The notes: generated by a model not told the origin, from the letters alone. 64,000 nucleotides of DNA from Rhodospirillaceae bacterium (GCA_038146865.1 JAYQSL010000007.1:131190-195189), one strand, 5' to 3'; positions 8,218 to 17,785 are shown, counted from the first letter of the stretch. Made by a program: numbers and translations.

Positions 8218-9138
8218 TTAAAATTTTCCTTGATATATTTTTATAATATTGTTGAGCATCTCGAGTGCGTCCTCCCGCGGACGCTGAAAAGTGTTTCTAC
8301 CTATAATAGAGCCATTCCCTCCACCATCGCGTATCGCCCGTGCTTCGTTGTATATTCCGTCAAGGTCTTTCGCCTCGCCGCCTGAAAAAACAACAATTCT
8401 GCGTCCAGCAAAGCAACTCTGAACCACATGACTAATACGGGAGGTTAGATCGTGTGTAGGAATGTTCTGGGATACATATACTTTGGCAGCTGCGTCGAGG
8501 AACATCGCGTCGGTTGGGGGCTTCACTTTAATTATGTGAGCACCAATTAAAGCGGCCATATGGGCTGCGTATGCGCAGACATCCATTGCCGTCTCACCTT
8601 CTCTGGTCACCATGCCTCCTCGAGGATAGGACCAAACAACAACGGCGAGGCCACATGATTTCGCTTCCTCTGCCAATTCTCTGATTTCTTCAATTAGTTC
8701 GTATTGATCCTCTGATCCAGGATAAATAGTGAACCCGATGGCTGCGCATCCAAGCTTAAGAGCATCTCCTACACTCGCCGTAACAGCTTGGTCCTTATTA
8801 GATGAAAGGGAGTTTGCACTGTTGCATTTAAGAATTGTTGGCACTGCACCTGCGAACGTATCCGCTCCAGCCTCCAACATGCCTAAGGGGGCTGCGAATG
8901 CAGAAAGCCCGGCATCTACTGCTAATTGATAGTGGTAATGCGGATCATAACCTGCTGGATTAGGGGCAAAGCTTCGCGCAGGTCCATGCTCAAAACCTTG
9001 ATCAACTGGCAGGATCACAAGTTTACCAGTTCCCCCCAAACGTCCATGCATCAGAATTCGAGCAAGATTACTTTTCGTTCCTGGATTATCAGATTCATAA
9101 CCGGAGAGAATTTTTTTAACTCTTTGTGATATTTTCAC
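8218..9138 (-). CDS. fbaB: Class I fructose-bisphosphate aldolase (FbaB/DhnA type)
   Basis: Collinear similarity to E. coli FbaB (GTGKLVILPVDQGFEHGP...YDPHYHYQLAVDAG...IGFTIYPGSE...AHIIKVKPP); 306 aa. Confidence 0.8.
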   Translation of the reverse strand: MKISQRVKKILSGYESDNPGTKSNLARILMHGRLGGTGKLVILPVDQGFEHGPARSFAPNPAGYDPHYHYQLAVDAGLSAFAAPLGMLEAGADTFAGAVPTILKCNSANSLSSNKDQAVTASVGDALKLGCAAIGFTIYPGSEDQYELIEEIRELAEEAKSCGLAVVVWSYPRGGMVTREGETAMDVCAYAAHMAALIGAHIIKVKPPTDAMFLDAAAKVYVSQNIPTHDLTSRISHVVQSCFAGRRIVVFSGGEAKDLDGIYNEARAIRDGGGNGSIIGRNTFQRPREDALEMLNNIIKIYQGKF

Positions 9139-9237
9139 GATGAACCCCTAAATTATAGACCTACACACCTTGTGTGATTATTTTAGATGAAACCTGAGAA
9201 TCAGAAACCATCTGACATAAGCCACAAGAAATAAAAT

Positions 9238-9660
9238 CTAAATACCAAACCAGCGCTTGCAACAAGCCTCAGCATCCAGGCATTTTGCCAAATCTAGCTT
9301 GTGACTGGGGCGCCTGTGAAGATTAACATTAGCCTGATCAGCTATCTCTCTGATACTTCTGAGCGCAGCTGGTTTTGCAGTCAGAGCAAGCGCTTCAACG
9401 CCGGTTTCTATTGCCGCAAGTGCATCACCGGGTTGATCTCCGCAATCCAAAATACCCAATATTTTAAGATTAGGAAATTCGGATCGAACCAGTCTGATGA
9501 TTTCAAAAAACCAACGAGGCCCCATGTAAGAAGACGCGCCAAAAGCACTCCATATAGACACTAATTGACCGTTACCGAGGGCCGCTCTGCAAGAGGCTCG
9601 GGCATGATAAATTCCATGAATTACAACAGGTCGCGCGGTATTTATCTTTTTTTGTGCCAT
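9238..9660 (-). CDS. Hypothetical protein (140 aa, no recognisable motif)
   Basis: An ORF with reasonable coding periodicity between fbaB and the zapA region. I cannot assign a family. Confidence 0.4.
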   Translation of the reverse strand: MAQKKINTARPVVIHGIYHARASCRAALGNGQLVSIWSAFGASSYMGPRWFFEIIRLVRSEFPNLKILGILDCGDQPGDALAAIETGVEALALTAKPAALRSIREIADQANVNLHRRPSHKLDLAKCLDAEACCKRWFGI

Positions 9661-9815
9661 GTACTTTAAAATATTCTAAGCATGAATTTGGTTATTGTCT
9701 CCGGTGATTGTTGCTCGAAAGTTTTTTGGAGATTGCGTCGAGAGGAGGGTGTTTTGTCGGGAATAGGGTTGTAGGGTTTGACCCCAAGGGGATTGTAAGC
9801 CTATCTTTTCAGGAA

Positions 9816-9843
9816 AGGCCCTTGGCCTCACGGGGGTTTTTTT
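9816..9843 (+). terminator. Orphan terminator-like element: AGGCC-CTT-GGCCT hairpin followed by GGGGG and a T7 run, in the 200-nt gap upstream of the DUF4164-zapA operon
   Basis: Seen in the sequence. No plus-strand CDS lies upstream, so it may terminate an unannotated small RNA or act as a 5'-leader element. Confidence 0.25.
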
Positions 9844-9858
9844 CTGGGGGAGTTAGTC

Positions 9859-10080
9859 ATGTCGAATTTGGAGGACGCGCAGAAGAAGCTTGGGTTGGCA
9901 TTAAGTCGTCTAGAAGAGGCTGCAGAGAAACTGGTCGAGCGTGGGTCCGGTCCAGACTTGTCTCAAGAGCTTTCAGAGTTGCGCAAAAGATGTGAATTGC
10001 TAGAAAATCGTTCGATGACAGTTGCTCGTAGGCTGGACGACTCAATCGATCGGATCAAACAAATTATAGGGTCTAAGTGA
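9859..10080 (+). CDS. DUF4164-family small coiled-coil protein (conserved upstream partner of zapA in alphaproteobacteria)
   Basis: A 73-aa helical protein. It overlaps the zapA start by 4 nt (ATGA). Confidence 0.7.
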   Translation: MSNLEDAQKKLGLALSRLEEAAEKLVERGSGPDLSQELSELRKRCELLENRSMTVARRLDDSIDRIKQIIGSK

Positions 10081-10400
10081 TGCCGCAGTTTGAAGTGGCC
10101 ATAAATGGTCGTTCTTACGTTATTTCTTGTGATGAAGGGCAAGACCAGCATTTGAGTCGTTTGGCCGAGTACGTAGATAAACGGGTAAAGGAGTTGGTTT
10201 CCTCGGTTGGCCAGGTTGGTGAAGCAAGGCTTTTAGTAATGGCTAGTTTGTTGATCGCAGATGAACTTTCTGAGACTTTCGCCAAGGTAAGAGACCCAAA
10301 CTCTTTTACTTCGGAGCAGTTAGAAGAGGAAGTTGCTAATGCAACCGAGTCTATAGCTGTTCGCATAGAACATATTGCAGCGAAGCTCGAAGCTGCGTAA
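10077..10400 (+). CDS. zapA: Cell division protein ZapA
   Basis: 107 aa. VAINGRSYVISCDEGQDQHLSRLAEYVDKRV is typical ZapA, and the position upstream of ssrS-ygfA is conserved. Confidence 0.85.
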   Translation: MMPQFEVAINGRSYVISCDEGQDQHLSRLAEYVDKRVKELVSSVGQVGEARLLVMASLLIADELSETFAKVRDPNSFTSEQLEEEVANATESIAVRIEHIAAKLEAA

Positions 10401-10401
10401 T

Positions 10402-10578
10402 TTGGGGATAGCGGTGCTGTGCGGTTCGCGAGGCATATTAATCTCCGGGGCCTATCAACACCTAAAGGGAGCTGTCCCTGTCGGAACCCTGGTTCAGTTA
10501 CACGGCACCCACCTGCTATTGCGGGCCTAGGTGGATTACAGTTCAAACGGCCGTGCGGCTCCGCTATCTCGCAAAAAA
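10402..10578 (+). ncRNA. ssrS: 6S RNA (SsrS), boundaries approximate
   Basis: About 170 nt between the zapA stop and the 5-FCL gene, the conserved ssrS locus. The 5' GGGGAUAGCGG pairs with the 3' CCGCUAUCUC as a closing stem. The 3' end, ggcuccgcuaucuc, resembles the E. coli 6S 3' end. Central asymmetric GC-rich segments are present. Confidence 0.6.
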
Positions 10579-10650
10579 TTTGAATGCGAATTGATTGAGC
10601 GATCCGCAAAAGAAAAGACAATCAAAGCCAAGGAAGCGCTTAGAGCCCGA

Positions 10651-11211
10651 ATGCGACTTGTGCGGCAGGCCGCGTCTAAAATTTTAGGAAAAAGGCAAGC
10701 TCAGCTCATTGCCGCGAATTTTTCCAATGCCTTGGAACATGGACTGAGACTTGATTCAGACAGCGTTGTTTCAGGCTATTGGCCAATTTCGGGTGAAATA
10801 GATATTCGAAACTTGATGGACCAATTGATAGAGAAATCTGTCAAGATCTGCCTGCCAGTAACGGGCAGGCCCGGCGCTCCAATGATTTTTCGTTCATGGA
10901 AAACCGGTGACAAGCTTCAGTTGGGCCAATATGGGGTTCAACAGCCAGAGCAAATTAAAATGAAATTAGAACCTGATACAGTAATCGTGCCTCTTCTGGC
11001 ATTTGATAGGTTTGGAAACCGACTTGGTTATGGCGGTGGCTATTACGACTCGACGATATCGTTTTTGAGGCAAAAACGAGAAATTTTGGCCATAGGGGTC
11101 GCGTTCGATTGTCAGGAGGTTAGTTCAGTGCCATCTAACGAGCGAGATGAGAGGCTCGACTGGGTCATCACCGAAAAAAGAGTTATTCGAATAGGTCTGG
11201 ATCAGAGATAA
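10651..11211 (+). CDS. ygfA: 5-formyltetrahydrofolate cyclo-ligase (YgfA/MTHFS)
   Basis: 5-FTHF cyclo-ligase motifs (GYWPISGEID, PLLAFDRFGNRLGYGGGYYD). I place the start at the internal Met; the ORF tool's start at 10531 would overlap the 6S RNA. Confidence 0.8.
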   Translation: MRLVRQAASKILGKRQAQLIAANFSNALEHGLRLDSDSVVSGYWPISGEIDIRNLMDQLIEKSVKICLPVTGRPGAPMIFRSWKTGDKLQLGQYGVQQPEQIKMKLEPDTVIVPLLAFDRFGNRLGYGGGYYDSTISFLRQKREILAIGVAFDCQEVSSVPSNERDERLDWVITEKRVIRIGLDQR

Positions 11212-11220
11212 AAAATTAAA

Positions 11221-12045
11221 ATGAAGATTCTTATATGTGGGGATGTAATGGGTCGTGCCGGCCGCAAAGTTGTTTGCGAGAACTTGCCACGACTGAGAGA
11301 CACCTTGGACTTAGATTTCATAATAGTAAATGGTGAGAATGCGGCTGGGGGCTTCGGGATAACACCTAAAATCTGCAATGATTTTTTTAACGCAGGAGCC
11401 GATGTCATTACGACGGGAAACCATGCCTGGGATCAAAAAGAAATTTTCCCCCATTTTGCGACTGAAGAGCGGTTGCTAAGACCTGAAAATTATCCCGACT
11501 CAAAGCCGGGGCGAGGCGTGCGGCTCTTTGAAGCTGAAAACAAACGTAAGGTGTTAGTGCTGCATTTTATGGCAAATCTTTTTATGCCGCGGTTGGAAGA
11601 TCCTTTTGATGGGGTAGAAAGAGAGTTGCAGAATTGGCGGTTATCCTCGTCAGCAGATGTCATTATTCTGGATTTTCATGGTGAAGCGACCAGCGAGAAA
11701 ATGGCTATGGGCCACATGCTCGATGGCAGAGTTTCGGCTGTTGTAGGAACTCACAGTCATGTCCCCACAGCTGATGCCCAGGTGTTGCCTAAAGGCACGG
11801 GCTACATCAGTGATATCGGCATGTGTGGAGATTACGATTCAGTCATTGGAATGAAAAAAGAGGCTGCAATTGCGCGTTTTCGCAAACAGATCCCTAACCC
11901 CCGGCTTGAGGCTGCTTTGGGTGAGGCAACACTGTGTGCTGTGTTGGTGGAAACCGAAGATAAGACAGGTTTAGCCAAGAGGTTGGGCCCTGTGAGGATA
12001 GGTGGGAGGTTAAACCTTGAAATTCCTGCTTGGGCGCAGGCTTAG
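11221..12045 (+). CDS. ymdB: YmdB-family metallophosphoesterase (2',3'-cyclic-nucleotide phosphodiesterase, TIGR00282)
   Basis: MKILICGDVMGRAGR...GENAAGGFGIT...TGNHAWDQ...DFHGEATSEK...GTHSHV are calcineurin-like YmdB motifs. Confidence 0.85.
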   Translation: MKILICGDVMGRAGRKVVCENLPRLRDTLDLDFIIVNGENAAGGFGITPKICNDFFNAGADVITTGNHAWDQKEIFPHFATEERLLRPENYPDSKPGRGVRLFEAENKRKVLVLHFMANLFMPRLEDPFDGVERELQNWRLSSSADVIILDFHGEATSEKMAMGHMLDGRVSAVVGTHSHVPTADAQVLPKGTGYISDIGMCGDYDSVIGMKKEAAIARFRKQIPNPRLEAALGEATLCAVLVETEDKTGLAKRLGPVRIGGRLNLEIPAWAQA

Positions 12046-12276
12046 TGGGCAATTAACTGCAATGATGCCCTAAAACCCAATCTATCACTCGTAATTTCAA
12101 GTTGGGGAATCTAAGGACACGTCAGATTTGGGGAGTGAGGTGGCCCCATTGCTGCCACATTTTGAATTATACTCGTCCACCTATAACCCCGTTCGGTGAA
12201 CTCTCCCTAGGGGACGTGCGAGGGAATACTGTATATGGTACGTTTAGGTATTGGATAAACAATTTATAGTAGATTT

Positions 12277-13026
12277 ATGGCCGGTCATTCAAAATTTAAA
12301 AACATTATGCATCGAAAGGGAGCCCAAGATGCTAAACGCGCAAAAGTTTTTACTCGTTTAATAAGAGAAATCCAAGTTGCGGCGAGAATGGGATTACCTG
12401 ATCCCGAGATGAACCCGAGATTAAAAAGCGCAGTCGCTGCAGCTAAGTCGGCGAACATGCCGAATGACAATATCGATAGGGCGATTAAACGGGCTGTAGG
12501 CGACGGTGAAGGAGAAAATTTCGAAGAGATCAGGTACGAAGGCTATGGACCGGGAGGCGTCGCAATAATTGTCGAGGCGCTCACCGATAATCGGAACCGG
12601 ACGGCGAGTGAGGTTCGAGCAGCTTTCACTAAACATGGTGGTTCCCTTGGTGAAACAAATAGCGTGAGTTTTCAATTTAGTAGGGTTGGAGCGATAACTT
12701 TACCGGGCGACTGCGCTGATCCCGACCAGGTATTTGAAATCGCACTTGAGGCAGGCGCCACGGATGTGATCTCAGGCCCCGACTCCCATGAGATTACTTG
12801 CGCTCCGGATGAACTACACACGGTCCGAGCAACAGTCGAAGAAAAATTGGGCCCACCGGAGGAAGCCGCACTCGTTTGGAAACCAAACTCAACGGTGGAA
12901 ATCGAAGAGGGTGTGATCGAAAAACTTTTCAAGCTCTTCGCAGCATTAGACGAGAGTGATGACGTGCAAAGTGTCTCTGCAAATTATGAGGCAGATGATT
13001 CGGTGTTGGCACGTTTAATGGACTGA
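12277..13026 (+). CDS. yebC: YebC/PmpR family DNA-binding transcriptional regulator
   Basis: MAGHSKFKNIMHRKGAQDAKRAKVFTRLIREI is the canonical YebC N-terminus. It lies immediately upstream of ruvC. Confidence 0.9.
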   Translation: MAGHSKFKNIMHRKGAQDAKRAKVFTRLIREIQVAARMGLPDPEMNPRLKSAVAAAKSANMPNDNIDRAIKRAVGDGEGENFEEIRYEGYGPGGVAIIVEALTDNRNRTASEVRAAFTKHGGSLGETNSVSFQFSRVGAITLPGDCADPDQVFEIALEAGATDVISGPDSHEITCAPDELHTVRATVEEKLGPPEEAALVWKPNSTVEIEEGVIEKLFKLFAALDESDDVQSVSANYEADDSVLARLMD

Positions 13027-13044
13027 CAGGAGAAAAATTAAATT

Positions 13045-13548
13045 TTGATTTTAATCGGATTAGATCCAGGATTGCGCAGAACCGGATGGGGGGTCATTCA
13101 AGTTGATGGTAATCATTTGGCGCATTTAGGTAATGGTGTGATTTCAGTCCCAAGCTCTGATGACTTGGCCACTCGTCTTGCTAATTTGCACCGACAGTTA
13201 TTATCAATTCTAACATCATTCGCACCTAATGAGGCCGCTGTTGAGGAGACATTTGTAAATAAAAACCCCAAATCCACGCTTAAGTTGGGGCAAGCGAGGG
13301 GCGTGGTAATGACGGTTCCAGCTTTAGAGGGACTACCGGTATTCGAGTATCCGCCAAACCGAATCAAACAATCTTTGGTAGGTTCTGGTCATGCGACCAA
13401 AAAGCAAGTGGAGGTGATGGTCAGGACCTTGTTGCCTGGGGCCAAGGTCGAGCAAGCAGATGCTTCTGACGCTCTTGCTATCGCGATATGCCATGCCCAC
13501 CACAGACAAAGCGCCTTAAAAATTAGGGTCGCAGGAGTGCAAAAATGA
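13045..13548 (+). CDS. ruvC: Holliday junction resolvase RuvC
   Basis: ILGLDPGLRRTGWGVI is the RuvC N-terminus; 167 aa. Confidence 0.9.
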   Translation: MILIGLDPGLRRTGWGVIQVDGNHLAHLGNGVISVPSSDDLATRLANLHRQLLSILTSFAPNEAAVEETFVNKNPKSTLKLGQARGVVMTVPALEGLPVFEYPPNRIKQSLVGSGHATKKQVEVMVRTLLPGAKVEQADASDALAIAICHAHHRQSALKIRVAGVQK

Positions 13549-14150
13549 TTGCGAAACTGCGCGGTATAGTCGATGAAATAGGCCCAGATTGGGTCATAAT
13601 AGATGCAGGTGGAGTAGGGTATCTGGTTTTTTGCTCATCCAGAACTTTAAGCATTTTGGATGAAAAAGAGGGGCCTGTGTCTGTCTGGATTGAAACGCAC
13701 GTAAGGGAAGACCACATCCATCTTTACGGTTTTTCAAATGTTTCCGAAAAAGACTGGTTTAATTTGTTAACAACGGTTCAAGGTGTAGGAACAAAAGTTG
13801 GGTTGGCCTTGCTTAGTTCTATGTCTGTAGATGACTTAAAAGATGCGCTAATCACACAAGACGCAGCCCTGTTCACACAGGCTCAGGGTGTGGGACCCAG
13901 GCTGGCAGCTAGGATTTTGACAGAACTTAAAGACAAAGCAGGCACGTTATTAGTTGAGAGGGCTGGAAATAATAGAGAATTAGATCCAAAAAAACATCAA
14001 GCTGTTTCTGATGCAGTCTCTGCGTTAGTTAATCTCGGATACAAGCGACCTCAGGCGCTTGAAGCCGTGGGTAGGGCGGCAAAGCATTTATCAGAGGGTT
14101 CTGATATGGAGGAGCTCCTGGTATCGAGCCTAAAAGAGCTCAGCAAATGA
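13545..14150 (+). CDS. ruvA: Holliday junction branch migration protein RuvA
   Basis: MIAKLRGIV...GVGYLVFCS, 201 aa, overlapping both ruvC and ruvB by 4 nt. Confidence 0.9.
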   Translation: MIAKLRGIVDEIGPDWVIIDAGGVGYLVFCSSRTLSILDEKEGPVSVWIETHVREDHIHLYGFSNVSEKDWFNLLTTVQGVGTKVGLALLSSMSVDDLKDALITQDAALFTQAQGVGPRLAARILTELKDKAGTLLVERAGNNRELDPKKHQAVSDAVSALVNLGYKRPQALEAVGRAAKHLSEGSDMEELLVSSLKELSK

Positions 14151-15193
14151 CTGAGGGGCGTCTTATCAGTCTTGACACTACAGAGGGCGACGCAGCAGAT
14201 GTTGCGCTGCGTCCAGGGGCATTGGGGGAGTTTGTCGGCCAAGATAAACTCAAGCAAAACCTCAGTGTTTTCGTTGAAGCGGCAAGAAATAGAGGTGAAG
14301 CTTTAGATCACGTTCTTTTCCACGGGCCACCGGGGTTGGGGAAAACAACCCTCGCCCAGATAGTTGCACGGGAACTTGGAGTCGGTTTTCGTGGCACCTC
14401 TGGGCCAGTGATAGCAAAGGCTGGCGATCTTGCGGCAATTCTCACCAATCTTGAACCAAGAGATGTTCTATTCATCGACGAAATTCATAGGTTATCGCCT
14501 GCGGTGGAAGAGATCTTGTATCCTGCAATTGAAGATTTCCAACTTGATTTAATTATCGGGGATGGGCCTGCTGCACGCTCAGTCAAGATCGATCTTCCGC
14601 CATTCACTCTAGTTGGTGCAACAACGCGATCTGGTTTGCTGACAACACCTTTGAGGGAACGTTTCGGTATCCCCTTGAGACTTGAATTTTACCAACCTGG
14701 CGATCTGGAAACCATAGTGCGGCGGGCAGCAGGGTTGATGAAAATGAATATTACCCCCGACGGCGCAATGGAAATAGCCCGAAGGGCCCGTGGAACGCCG
14801 CGGGTAGCTGGCCGATTGCTTAGAAGGGTAAGAGACTTTGCCTCTGTAGAGAACGCAGAAAATATAGATGCAAAGACTGCGGATCTTGCGCTTAATCGGC
14901 TTGAGGTAGACCAGCTTGGTCTAGACGCCATGGATCGTCGTTATTTGACTTGTTTGGCAGAGAACTATGGGGGAGGCCCCGTGGGGGTGGAGACACTTGC
15001 CGCAGCGCTATCAGAACAGCGAGATGCCATCGAAGAGGTAATAGAACCATATCTCATTCAAAGAGGGCTTCTTCAACGTACACCTAAGGGGCGCGTTCTC
15101 ACTAAGACTGGCCTGAATTATGTCGGTGCTGCGTTGCCTGAGAGTGGACCGTTATTCGAACCCCTTTCAAGTGCTGAAAAATTCGATGACTGA
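14147..15193 (+). CDS. ruvB: Holliday junction branch migration helicase RuvB
   Basis: Walker [12 protein letters not shown] and conserved RuvB blocks; 348 aa. Confidence 0.95.
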   Translation: MTEGRLISLDTTEGDAADVALRPGALGEFVGQDKLKQNLSVFVEAARNRGEALDHVLFHGPPGLGKTTLAQIVARELGVGFRGTSGPVIAKAGDLAAILTNLEPRDVLFIDEIHRLSPAVEEILYPAIEDFQLDLIIGDGPAARSVKIDLPPFTLVGATTRSGLLTTPLRERFGIPLRLEFYQPGDLETIVRRAAGLMKMNITPDGAMEIARRARGTPRVAGRLLRRVRDFASVENAENIDAKTADLALNRLEVDQLGLDAMDRRYLTCLAENYGGGPVGVETLAAALSEQRDAIEEVIEPYLIQRGLLQRTPKGRVLTKTGLNYVGAALPESGPLFEPLSSAEKFDD

Positions 15194-15608
15194 TCCGAAA
15201 GATCAATTTTCTCATAATATTTCTGTGCGAGTTTATTTCGAAGACACCGACGCAGGTGGAGTCGTCTATCATACAAGCTTTCTTCGTTTTGCAGAGAGGG
15301 CTCGAACAGAGTTGCTTCGTTCTTTTGGTATTTCTCACCAAAGTTTAAAGGAAAAAGAGGGAATTATCATTGCTGTTCGGAGTTGCAATGCGGAGTATAT
15401 AAAGCCCGCAAAACTGGATGACATGCTTGAGATAACCTCTGAAAGTATAATACCTGAGGCGACTGGACTTAGGTTAAGCCAAACGATCAGACGTGGAAAA
15501 GAAATTTTGGTTTCGATAGGTGTGAGGCTCGTTTGTGTCAATGAGAGAGGTAAGCCAGTAAGGTTGCCTTTGCGGATACGAGAAAAATTCGAGATATTTC
15601 AGAGTTAA
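15186..15608 (+). CDS. ybgC: Tol-Pal-associated acyl-CoA thioesterase YbgC
   Basis: 4HBT hot-dog fold motif [14 protein letters not shown]. The start MTDPKD at 15186 overlaps the ruvB stop; the ORF tool's start is at 15120. Confidence 0.85.
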   Translation: MTDPKDQFSHNISVRVYFEDTDAGGVVYHTSFLRFAERARTELLRSFGISHQSLKEKEGIIIAVRSCNAEYIKPAKLDDMLEITSESIIPEATGLRLSQTIRRGKEILVSIGVRLVCVNERGKPVRLPLRIREKFEIFQS

Positions 15609-15635
15609 GTTCGAAAAAGAGGGAAAGAGCTGGAA

Positions 15636-16352
15636 ATGGAACAAGCAGAGGTTGCAGCAGCCGCACTAGCTGGATCACTGGGTCAAGATATGTCGGTTTG
15701 GGGTCTGTTCCTGCAAGCTGATGTCGTGGTCAAAGTCGTCATGATTGTCTTGCTTTTGGCGTCGCTTTGGAGTTGGGCGATAATATTTGAAAAATGGTTT
15801 CGTCTTCGGACTATGTGGGCTCGGGCAGATGCCTTTGAAGAGGCTTTTTGGTCAGGTGGATCACTTGAGGATTTGTTCTACCGAGCCGAGAAGGGGCGTC
15901 CCCATCCTATGTCTTCTATTTTTACCTCTGCAATGCGAGAGTGGCGCAGGTCGGGCACCCGGAATGTTGGCGATGTAGCTGGATTGGCGCAGAGGATAGA
16001 GCGCGTAATGTATGTAACGCTCGGTAGGGAAATGGATAAAGCTGAGAGACATATGACCTTCTTAGCATCGGTGGGATCCACGGCGCCTTTTATAGGATTA
16101 TTTGGCACGGTTTGGGGAATTATGAATAGTTTTCAGGCCATCGCTATGTCAAAAGATACGTCGCTTGCAGTAGTGGCCCCTGGTATTGCTGAGGCTTTAT
16201 TTGCGACAGCTCTTGGCTTGGTCGCAGCCATACCGGCGGTACTTGCATATAATAAATTAAGCTCCGATTTTGGCCGTTACGTAACAAGGTTGGAAGCTTT
16301 TTCCAGTGAGTTCGGAGCGATAATCTCTCGGCAATTGGAGGGTGAAAGTTAG
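15636..16352 (+). CDS. tolQ: Tol-Pal system protein TolQ
   Basis: MotA_ExbB family with three TMs (GLFGTVWGIMNSFQAI, VVAPGIAEALFATALGLVAAIPAV). Confidence 0.9.
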   Translation: MEQAEVAAAALAGSLGQDMSVWGLFLQADVVVKVVMIVLLLASLWSWAIIFEKWFRLRTMWARADAFEEAFWSGGSLEDLFYRAEKGRPHPMSSIFTSAMREWRRSGTRNVGDVAGLAQRIERVMYVTLGREMDKAERHMTFLASVGSTAPFIGLFGTVWGIMNSFQAIAMSKDTSLAVVAPGIAEALFATALGLVAAIPAVLAYNKLSSDFGRYVTRLEAFSSEFGAIISRQLEGES

Positions 16353-16824
16353 ATATGGTGATGATGTCGCCGTCATCAGGAGGAAGCCGTTCCGGGGAGG
16401 TCGCATTAGGCGTCGTCCTATGAGTGAGATTAATGTTACTCCAATGGTCGATGTGATGTTGGTGCTGCTTATTGTTTTCATGGTCACGGCGCCTCTTTTG
16501 ACCGTTGGTGTTCCGGTCGATTTGCCCAAAACGGCTGCAAATCAAATCGGTGGTCAGGACGAACCGCTGGTTGTTACCATCAATAAAAATGGCGATATCT
16601 TTCTTCAGGACTCCAAACTAGAGCTTGATCAGCTAGCCCCTAGGCTTTTGGCGATATCCAAAAATAGGCAGGACGCCCGAATTTTTCTGCGAGGCGACCA
16701 AACAATTTCATATGGAACGATAATGTCGGTCATGGGTAAACTGAATGGATCTGGCTTTAAAAAAGTTGCTTTGATTACTGAGTCGCTTCCTTCGGCGGCT
16801 AGGCGTGCCCGGCGGAGTAGGTGA
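16342..16824 (+). CDS. tolR: Tol-Pal system protein TolR (ExbD family)
   Basis: SEINVTPMVDVMLVLLIVFMVTAPLL is the ExbD/TolR signature. An alternative start is MSEIN at 16420. Confidence 0.85.
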   Translation: MKVRYGDDVAVIRRKPFRGGRIRRRPMSEINVTPMVDVMLVLLIVFMVTAPLLTVGVPVDLPKTAANQIGGQDEPLVVTINKNGDIFLQDSKLELDQLAPRLLAISKNRQDARIFLRGDQTISYGTIMSVMGKLNGSGFKKVALITESLPSAARRARRSR

Positions 16825-16827
16825 GAA

Positions 16828-17776
16828 ATGCCGAAGGCGCTACTTTTTTCGATCCTTCTTCATCTCTCAGTTTTTTGTGCTGCCTGGATTGGGATTCCAG
16901 CACTCTTTTCACCTCCTCCAGTCGTGTCGGCTAATATCCAGGTTGAACTTGTCCCTTCGGTCGAACAAAAAGATAAAAACCGGTTAAGGATAAAAAAGCC
17001 CCTAAGAAATCTGAGGCGAAGCCGATTCTGAAAGAGCCTGTCACCCCCATGATTGACACGAGTGCAAGGGAACCTTTGCCAGAGTTACCACTAAAAAAAA
17101 TGAAAAAGTCTGTTAAATCAGAGTCACTGCCGCCAATCCCGAAAAAAAAGCCACGACCCAAGCAGGTTAAGAAAATAGAAAAAAAGAAACTATCCGCTCT
17201 GATCCCGGCGCCGAAGAGAAAACCAATTCGTAAGTCCAAGCCCAAAAAAAACCACAGAAGTCCAATACGGCCGCTTTTAAATCACTACTGAAAGATCTCA
17301 AGGCTGAGAAAAAAAAGGATGATCAAACGAAATTCACTAAAATCTTAAAAGGCTTGGAAACGGAAAAACGACAATTGAAGGAAACAAATGAAACTAAACA
17401 AGAAATTAGAACTAACTCCCTCGAACAGAGACCAATTTCCTCCTTGGATCGGCGGAAAGAGATTTCCCAGCTAGTCGCAAAGATCCGAAACCAATTGAGC
17501 CGTTGTTGGAACCCGCCCGCGGGGGCGAAGAATTTGGAGAGGTTAAATGTTGAGGTCCGTATTAAGTTAAACCCGGATGGGTCCCTCAGGTCGCCAGCCA
17601 AAATCGGTGATTCATCAATAAAAGGGAAGCACCCAGCATACCAAGTTCTAGCGGAAAGTGCAGTGAGGGCTTTGAATGACCCGGATTGTATGCCTCTAAA
17701 ATTACCTCTTGAAGAATATCAAGACTGGAAAGATATCGCCTTTAACTTTGATCCAAGAGCCGCTTTAGGCCAATAA
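16828..17776 (+). pseudogene. tolA: tolA, disrupted in this sequence by two 1-nt frameshifts in poly-A tracts. N-terminal TM anchor 16828-16980 in frame 1, K/P-rich domain to 17250 in frame 3, TolA C-terminal domain 17252-17776 in frame 2
   Basis: The three consecutive ORFs read MPKALLFSILLHLSVFCAAWIG (TM anchor), KPVKDKKAPKKSEAKP...KPRPKQVKK (Lys/Pro-rich domain II), and ...VEVRIKLNPDGSL...AVRALNDPDCMPLKLP (TolA_C/TonB_C fold). Together they form one TolA in the canonical position between tolR and tolB. The frame switches sit at the A5 run 16975-16979 and the A8 run 17244-17251. Confidence 0.6.
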
Positions 17777-17785
17777 GAGAGAAAC

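Noticed and set aside
10531-10650. N-terminal 40 codons of the 5-formyl-THF cyclo-ligase ORF
   Set aside because: They overlap the probable 6S RNA. The enzyme reaches family-typical length from Met 10651.
17049-17291. Stand-alone 80-aa Lys/Pro-rich ORF
   Set aside because: It is the domain-II segment of tolA read in a shifted frame, not an independent gene.
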